From a virus, in the IMG/VR virus record IMGVR_UViG_3300019124_000038, positions 32,001-96,000 of that record: a stretch of DNA of 64,000 nt; one strand, given 5' to 3'. Below are positions 58,576 through 64,000 of this stretch, in pieces. Numbering within the stretch: position 1 is the first letter of the stretch; each line of letters begins with the position of its first letter. The notes beneath the pieces were generated by a model, which was given only the letters and a program-made list of their open reading frames with translations, did no database searches and was not told where the DNA came from. Both the position numbers and the translations under genes were made by a program.

Positions 58576-59079
58576 GTGCAGGACTACTATTTCGTAACTA
58601 TTGATGGGCGGCCAATCGCAAAGTCGAACATGTACGGCGTTCGTGTTGTTGGGAAGCGCGGCATCATGTATACGACCAAGGAACTTGAAGAATATGAGTT
58701 GCTGGTAGGCAAAGCCGTGAGCGACGCAATCCCTACAATACTACCGCACGATTTCTACTCAATCTATCTCCGCATCTACCAGCACGGCAAGAAGTGGATT
58801 GATGTGGACAACTGCTTCAAGGCAATTCAGGATGGGATGGACTCCACCAAAACGATCAAGCGCGGGAAACAAGAGATCAAAGTCTGCGAAAGCGGCATTG
58901 AAAATGACCGCTATTTCCAACTGATCGTCGGTGAGCGCATCATTGTTGAGTCGGCGGAAGAACAGCGGGTAGAGTTGATTATTGCACCATATCGTGGACT
59001 GTTCAATTTGGTTAGCATTGTGAAAGAGCACTATAAAATTGATGAAGATTACCATGAGCAATTGATCTTGCCTTTGTGA
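58576..59079 (+). CDS. rusA: RusA-like Holliday junction resolvase
   Basis: G.PIAKSN...DVDNCFKAIQDG...IENDR. Confidence 0.75.
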   Translation: MQDYYFVTIDGRPIAKSNMYGVRVVGKRGIMYTTKELEEYELLVGKAVSDAIPTILPHDFYSIYLRIYQHGKKWIDVDNCFKAIQDGMDSTKTIKRGKQEIKVCESGIENDRYFQLIVGERIIVESAEEQRVELIIAPYRGLFNLVSIVKEHYKIDEDYHEQLILPL

Positions 59080-59305
59080 TATGTTATATTATGGATATAG
59101 TTCACAAAGGAGTGGTAAAAATGTGTAATAAAAAGAATTGCAATTTGGGTAAGGAGTCACTTACGCCGTATGCCCCATATGTAGATGAAGTAATTAATGG
59201 CGACTATCTGGTAAGACAAACCTTTTACCCGTATAGATGTGAGTGTGGGTATTGGGAGCATTCGCCCGTCGATCTTTTTGAGGAAGAAGACTAATAGATT
59301 TTTCC

Positions 59306-59335
59306 TTGACAGATGGTAGTTGCGCCCAGTATACT
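59306..59335 (+). promoter_or_regulatory. SigA-type promoter of small peptide gene
   Basis: TTGACA-N18-TATACT. Confidence 0.7.
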
Positions 59336-59370
59336 ATAAGTGTAAGATAATAACAGAGGAGGAATTAGGC

Positions 59371-59538
59371 ATGATGAAGAAAATCACAGGAATGATGATT
59401 CGAGTGACCTTGGCACTCGCACTGGTGATGGGTACGGCGGTGCTCGACGAAATCATCCCGATCACACCCGACTCCCCGAGTGTGATCGCCCAAAATGACC
59501 CGCCGCTTCCGTGGAGCCATATCATCGTGATCGGCTAA
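59371..59538 (+). CDS. Small secreted peptide precursor (55 aa)
   Basis: RBS GAGGAGG; MMKK + hydrophobic core, then Pro-rich ...AQNDPPLPWSHIIVIG. Confidence 0.6.
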   Translation: MMKKITGMMIRVTLALALVMGTAVLDEIIPITPDSPSVIAQNDPPLPWSHIIVIG

Positions 59539-59544
59539 GAGAAC

Positions 59545-59593
59545 AGGGACAGCTTCGGCTGTCCTTGACTCTTTTCTAGTAGTCTAGTATAAT
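59545..59593 (+). terminator. Terminator (UUCG loop) overlapping next promoter
   Basis: AGGGACAGC-TTCG-GCTGTCCTT; TTGACT(59565)-N17-TATAAT(59588). Confidence 0.75.
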
Positions 59594-60146
59594 ACAGGTA
59601 TAATACATGAGAGGGTGACATGAATGATGATGTTCAATATTGTGTTTCTGATCTTGGCAGTTCTGTTCGTGGCGTTTGGTGCGCTGATGATTTGCATTCT
59701 GGAAAGCGCGGTGGCTCGACTCATTTGGGTTGGCATCATTCTGATCTGGATGATTAATGGTGCAAGTGCAGTTAACAGCTTGCTCGGCAACTAGGAGGAG
59801 TCAATATTATTCTGAACGCTATCGCCACTGTAACTTCGGGACTTGCCGCCGCAATTTGGTTTGCAATGGACAAGCCTAAGTACGGAGCAGTTATGCCGAT
59901 AACGAATTACAAACCACTCAACATGATTGAAATATTGGAGTGGATTAAGCGGTAGGAGGTTTGGCTGATGACACTTTTAGAAATTGGGATTCTTACGCTC
60001 GGACTTGTTGTTGCGCTCGGCGCAATGAAGCAAGAAGTTGAAACTGAGAATCCAAGCCCGTTCTGGTTTTACGTTTCCATCGTTGCCACGCCGATTCTGT
60101 TCGTCGGTTTGTGGCGCGGACTTCTGAGCCTGTGGGGGTGATAGCA

Positions 60147-60755
60147 ATGGGACTGAAAGTAAACATCTGTGGTGCTCCGAGTAGCCGCAAGAGTACCGTG
60201 TGCGCGGGGCTGGAAGCAAAGCTCAAACAGCAACGCATCAATGCAGAGACTTCTAAAGAATATGTCCGTCAGTACATTCAGACCTACGGAGTGCCGCAAG
60301 AGCTTGCTACTGAGTTCATCATCTACCATAATCAAATGTCTCGCGACATTGGTGTTGCTAACAACACTGACGTAATGTTGTCTGATACTCCAGCCGTTAA
60401 CGCTTATATTTTTGGGAAGCGTTCTTTGATGGCTAAGATGGCGCGGCAGGAACGAAAAACACCGACCGAAGAGGAATACAAAATTTTGGAGGAGCTTCAC
60501 TCTATGGCACTCCGAAAACTTCACTGGTTCGATCTGATCGTTCTCTTCCCGCCTACGATGGATGTTATAGACGATGGCGTTCGTACTGAGACGGTAGAAG
60601 ATCAAGTGGCAATCTTCAACGCAATCAAGGGGTTTCTCGATGCTGAACAAGTCCCCTACTTGGTTGCCGAAGGTACTCCCGATGAGAAGATTGACTATTG
60701 TTTCGGAGCCATTATGTCTCGTCTGTTCGTGATTCCTGACACGCCGCCGTTTTAA
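60147..60755 (+). CDS. NadR/AAA_28-like P-loop kinase/ATPase
   Basis: INICGAPSSRKST, EYVR.YI, SDTP, DDGVR. Confidence 0.7.
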   Translation: MGLKVNICGAPSSRKSTVCAGLEAKLKQQRINAETSKEYVRQYIQTYGVPQELATEFIIYHNQMSRDIGVANNTDVMLSDTPAVNAYIFGKRSLMAKMARQERKTPTEEEYKILEELHSMALRKLHWFDLIVLFPPTMDVIDDGVRTETVEDQVAIFNAIKGFLDAEQVPYLVAEGTPDEKIDYCFGAIMSRLFVIPDTPPF

Positions 60756-60771
60756 TAGAGGAGGAAAATAG

Positions 60772-61977
60772 ATGGCAAAGATCGTAATGCTATCCGATAG
60801 TCCCACGCTGACTACTGGGTATGGTCGCGTCATGCAAGTTTTAGCTCCTGCGTTTCATGAGCTAGGACATGCTGTGACAGTGATCGGATGGGGATATACG
60901 GGAGAGCCCCATGACTTCCCGTTTCCCATCATTCCGTGCAATGCACATGCCGACCGATTCGGCGAAGATATCCTTGGTGAATTCATTCGCTATGAAAAAC
61001 CAGATATCCTCTTCACACTTGGAGACCCTTGGATGACTGAGTTTATTCCAGAAATGGAGGAGCGCGTAGCTGTCCATTGGGTAAGTTACTTTCCACTAGA
61101 CGGATACCCTATCCCGAAGTCATGGCATGGATGGTTGCTAAATATTGATACTCCTATTGTGTTTAGCAAGTTTGCTCAGAACTTGGCAGAGGAGGTTCTT
61201 GGTCGTAAACCGCCGCTGATCTACCACGGCGTTGACACAAACAAGTTCCAAGTTCTTGATCGGAGCACATGCAAGCAGGAAATTCTCGGATTCGATGACA
61301 AGTTCATCGTAGGCACGGTGGCGCGGAATCAACCGAGAAAGAATCTACCTGCGCTTGTAAGAGCATTTGCGGATTTTGCAAGGGGTAAGGACGATGTGGC
61401 TCTTTATATGCACACACAGATTCGTGACGTAGGATGGAACATCGACGAGCTAGTAGAACGGTTCGAGCTATATGACAAAGCCTACTGCACAGATAACTTT
61501 AATGCTCTCAAAGGTGTTCCCGACAGTGAGTTAAACAAACTATACTCGATGTTTGACCTCTTCGCTCTCCCTACGATGAGCGAGGGTTTTGGGCTACCTA
61601 TTTTGGAAGCACAGGCTTGTGGCACACCTGTTCTTGTAACAGACTTCTCAGCATGTCCAGAACTTGTGGTCAACCGCAACCAGCTCATTAAGGTCAAAGA
61701 TACGATCATTATGGGGCGGAACATAGAGCAAGCTATTGTCGATCACGACGATATGGTTCGCAAACTCAACTACTACTACGCCGATTGGAAGAAAACACGC
61801 GCTGGAATCATGGGAGCCAATAGCGTTTTGAAGGCATATGGGGTTGCTGGTCGTAGACTGGCAGAGAGCTTTGACTGGTCGATTCAGTTGAAAGAGTTTA
61901 ACAAGATGCTGAGACAGATTACTCCACAAGCTGAAAGGCGTTCAAAGGCTATCTTTCCTCAGTTCCATAAAATTTAG
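60772..61977 (+). CDS. GT-B glycosyltransferase (GT4-like)
   Basis: TGYGRV, IYHGVD, VARNQPRKN, EGFGLPILEAQACGTPV. Confidence 0.9.
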   Translation: MAKIVMLSDSPTLTTGYGRVMQVLAPAFHELGHAVTVIGWGYTGEPHDFPFPIIPCNAHADRFGEDILGEFIRYEKPDILFTLGDPWMTEFIPEMEERVAVHWVSYFPLDGYPIPKSWHGWLLNIDTPIVFSKFAQNLAEEVLGRKPPLIYHGVDTNKFQVLDRSTCKQEILGFDDKFIVGTVARNQPRKNLPALVRAFADFARGKDDVALYMHTQIRDVGWNIDELVERFELYDKAYCTDNFNALKGVPDSELNKLYSMFDLFALPTMSEGFGLPILEAQACGTPVLVTDFSACPELVVNRNQLIKVKDTIIMGRNIEQAIVDHDDMVRKLNYYYADWKKTRAGIMGANSVLKAYGVAGRRLAESFDWSIQLKEFNKMLRQITPQAERRSKAIFPQFHKI

Positions 61978-62212
61978 AAGCGGGGTTGTTTGAAACTCTT
62001 TTACGGATCGTAGAATTGTACTATGGAGGTGTGGATGATGATTGAAGTAAAGAAAAATGAGCACCCTATTCCTCACATCAACATCAAGTTATCTGAACAG
62101 CAAGCGTCTTCGCTGGAATATGCACTGAGCCTAGTCAGGCTAAATGGGGCACTTGAAGGTGAGGTACAGGACTTCCTATACGCACTTCAAAAAGCTATTG
62201 GGGGTATTCTTG

Positions 62213-63367
62213 ATGAGTAATTACCAAGTGGTATGGCGGGGCATTGTGCACGATTCAACAGGGTACTCTCGGGCATCTCGGGAGTATCTTTTGTCTCTTG
62301 ACAGGGCAGGAGTTGATGTAAAAGTAGAGCCGATGAACTTTGGTTCACCGCCGACCGAACTGTCCACTGAACAAGCAAACCGCATTAGCGAATTAATCCA
62401 AAAGCCGTATGCAACAGACAAAAAAAAGGTACTGATTTACCATGCTCAACCAAGCGGGATTAATGTTGAAGCAGAACGATCTCAGTATGATTACGTCATC
62501 ATTAATACCGTATGGGAGACAACAAGAATTCCTGCTAGTTGGTTCCCTGGCGCAAATCTTTGTGACGCAATTATCGTGCCTTCTGAGCAGAACGTTCAAG
62601 CGCTACGGGATAGCGGTGTGACCGCTCCGATCTACAAGGTTCCGCACGGAGCAGACTTTGAGAGATTTAATCCAAACAACGCTCCATTTCATTTGCCGCA
62701 ACTCGAAGATCGTTTCGCATTTCTTTCAATCTTCCAGTGGCAACACAGAAAGGCTCCAGATATGCTTTTGAAAGCGTTCTGGTCTGAGTTCACAGCAGAA
62801 GAGAAAGTGATTCTTGTAATGAAAACGTACTGGGGTCATGCGCGGCATAGCGGTCGAGTGATTCGCAGTCGAATTTTCGATTATAAGGAACAACTCGGCT
62901 TCACTAATACTGCTCCGCTTTATTTAACAACAAGCCCGTTCAGCGACGATCAATTGAAAGGTCTATACACAATGGCTGATGTTTTTGTATTGCCGTCGAG
63001 GGGTGAGGGTGTGGGGCTTCCATATATCGAAGCACTATGTTCTGGTATTCCTGTAATTGCAACTGGGTGGGGTGGGCAAACTGACTTCTTGACAGATCAG
63101 AACTCTCTTCTTATTAACTACACATTGGAGAGTACACGATATCATCAGCATACCCTTGCCCCTGATTTTCATGACCTCTTCACGGCAGACATGCAATGGG
63201 CAGAGCCGAACATAGACAGCCTACGAAAAGCAATGCGCTGGTTCTATGAGCATAGATTCACCGCTCCGAAGGTATTTGGGCGACTCGGGCGGGAAGATAT
63301 GATGGAAATGTCATGGGACAATGCAGGACAAAGGTTTAAACAAACCATCGAGGAGGTGATTTCGTGA
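62213..63367 (+). CDS. GT-B glycosyltransferase (GT4-like)
   Basis: TGYSRA, WET, VPHG, W.HRK..D.LL.AF, PSRGEGVGLPYIEALCSGIPVI. Confidence 0.9.
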   Translation: MSNYQVVWRGIVHDSTGYSRASREYLLSLDRAGVDVKVEPMNFGSPPTELSTEQANRISELIQKPYATDKKKVLIYHAQPSGINVEAERSQYDYVIINTVWETTRIPASWFPGANLCDAIIVPSEQNVQALRDSGVTAPIYKVPHGADFERFNPNNAPFHLPQLEDRFAFLSIFQWQHRKAPDMLLKAFWSEFTAEEKVILVMKTYWGHARHSGRVIRSRIFDYKEQLGFTNTAPLYLTTSPFSDDQLKGLYTMADVFVLPSRGEGVGLPYIEALCSGIPVIATGWGGQTDFLTDQNSLLINYTLESTRYHQHTLAPDFHDLFTADMQWAEPNIDSLRKAMRWFYEHRFTAPKVFGRLGREDMMEMSWDNAGQRFKQTIEEVIS

Positions 63368-63502
63368 AAAACTCCAATAGAGAAAGATGCTCAAAATGTC
63401 AGACGAAATTAAAAACAGTTTCAGAAAAAGAGCGGAATACTTGCGCCAACTGTTACTTTGACGAAGTTGGTGGTCAATGCCACGATGGAAAGGAGTGAGC
63501 CT

Positions 63503-64000
63503 ATGCAAGCAATTATTCTGAGCGGAGGTAAGGGCACTCGCCTTTATCCTCTGACCCTTGAAGTACCAAAGCCGATGTTGCCGATTGGGGGTACTCCCCT
63601 CTTAGAGTATCAGATTCGACTCTTAAAGCAACACGGGATTGATGAGATCATCTTTTCGACTGGATATTTGCACGAACAGATTGTCGAGTATTTCGGTGAT
63701 GGTAGTAAGTTCGGTGTGAGTATCCAATATCGTGAGGATGGCGAGAAGCCATTGGGAACAGGCGGCGCGATCAAGAACTGCGCCGATCTTATTAAGTATG
63801 AAGATGTGCTAGTAATGAACGGTGATATTTTAACCGACATTGACTTGACCAAGATGATTGAATGGTGGGATACTTGTCGTTTTGACTGGAGCCTGATGAT
63901 AGCTCTGGCAGAGGTTGACAGCCCGCAGGACTATGGTTCGGTTATTCGAAAGTTCAATGGTGTTATCACGAGGTTCTACGAGAAGTCTGATAAACCAGCA
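63503..64000 (+). CDS. NDP-sugar pyrophosphorylase/nucleotidyltransferase (3'-truncated; not in ORF track)
   Basis: MQAIILSGGKGTRLYPLT..PKPMLPIG...PLGTGGAIK...VMNGDILTD. Confidence 0.9.
   Translation, partial: MQAIILSGGKGTRLYPLTLEVPKPMLPIGGTPLLEYQIRLLKQHGIDEIIFSTGYLHEQIVEYFGDGSKFGVSIQYREDGEKPLGTGGAIKNCADLIKYEDVLVMNGDILTDIDLTKMIEWWDTCRFDWSLMIALAEVDSPQDYGSVIRKFNGVITRFYEKSDKPA

Larger units (their letters stand above)
1..64000 (+). mobile_element. Segment of a large tailed bacteriophage genome (long non-contractile tail likely), Bacillales-type host
   Basis: Tape measure, tail, lysis, replication and nucleotide-metabolism modules are co-oriented and densely packed with small ORFs; no rRNA, ribosomal-protein or other housekeeping operons; no integrase in window. 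Confidence 0.93.

Noticed and set aside
1-64000. tRNA, rRNA or riboswitch genes
   Set aside because: No convincing cloverleaf or conserved RNA motif in the short intergenic gaps by eye; tRNAscan-SE/Infernal would be needed to exclude them.

Overview
This window is 64 kb of a large tailed-phage genome with a Firmicutes (Bacillales-like) host, inferred from SigA-type promoters, class Ib nrdIEF, a YvrJ-like protein and an Amidase_3 endolysin. Essentially all genes are on the + strand. 1-21 kb is the tail module: a 5'-truncated tape measure protein with a GH73 domain, two Dit-like paralogs, a hub, and large fibre/receptor-binding proteins. 21-22.6 kb is the lysis cassette. 22.7-53.8 kb holds early/middle genes: PhoH, a 3D-domain protein, a putative initiator with iteron-like repeats, RecA, DnaB, primase, SSB, DnaE, a sigma factor, ThyA, DHFR, NrdIEF/NrdH, a DNA methyltransferase, an HNH-AP2 nuclease and a patatin. 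57.5-64 kb holds ERF, RusA, an orphan secreted peptide and a sugar-transfer cluster. The standout is an operon at 53.8-57.2 kb. It encodes an RRE-less radical SAM/SPASM enzyme next to a 218-aa protein with 20 aromatic-X-Asp (13 HxD, 6 YxD, 1 FxD) motifs. These motifs are spaced with exact mirror symmetry around a central Cys pair, and a Cys-rich DUF483-like partner gene follows. This is a candidate phage-encoded system for multiply cross-linking a hairpin/needle-like protein. All family assignments come from motif recognition by eye; no database searches were run.
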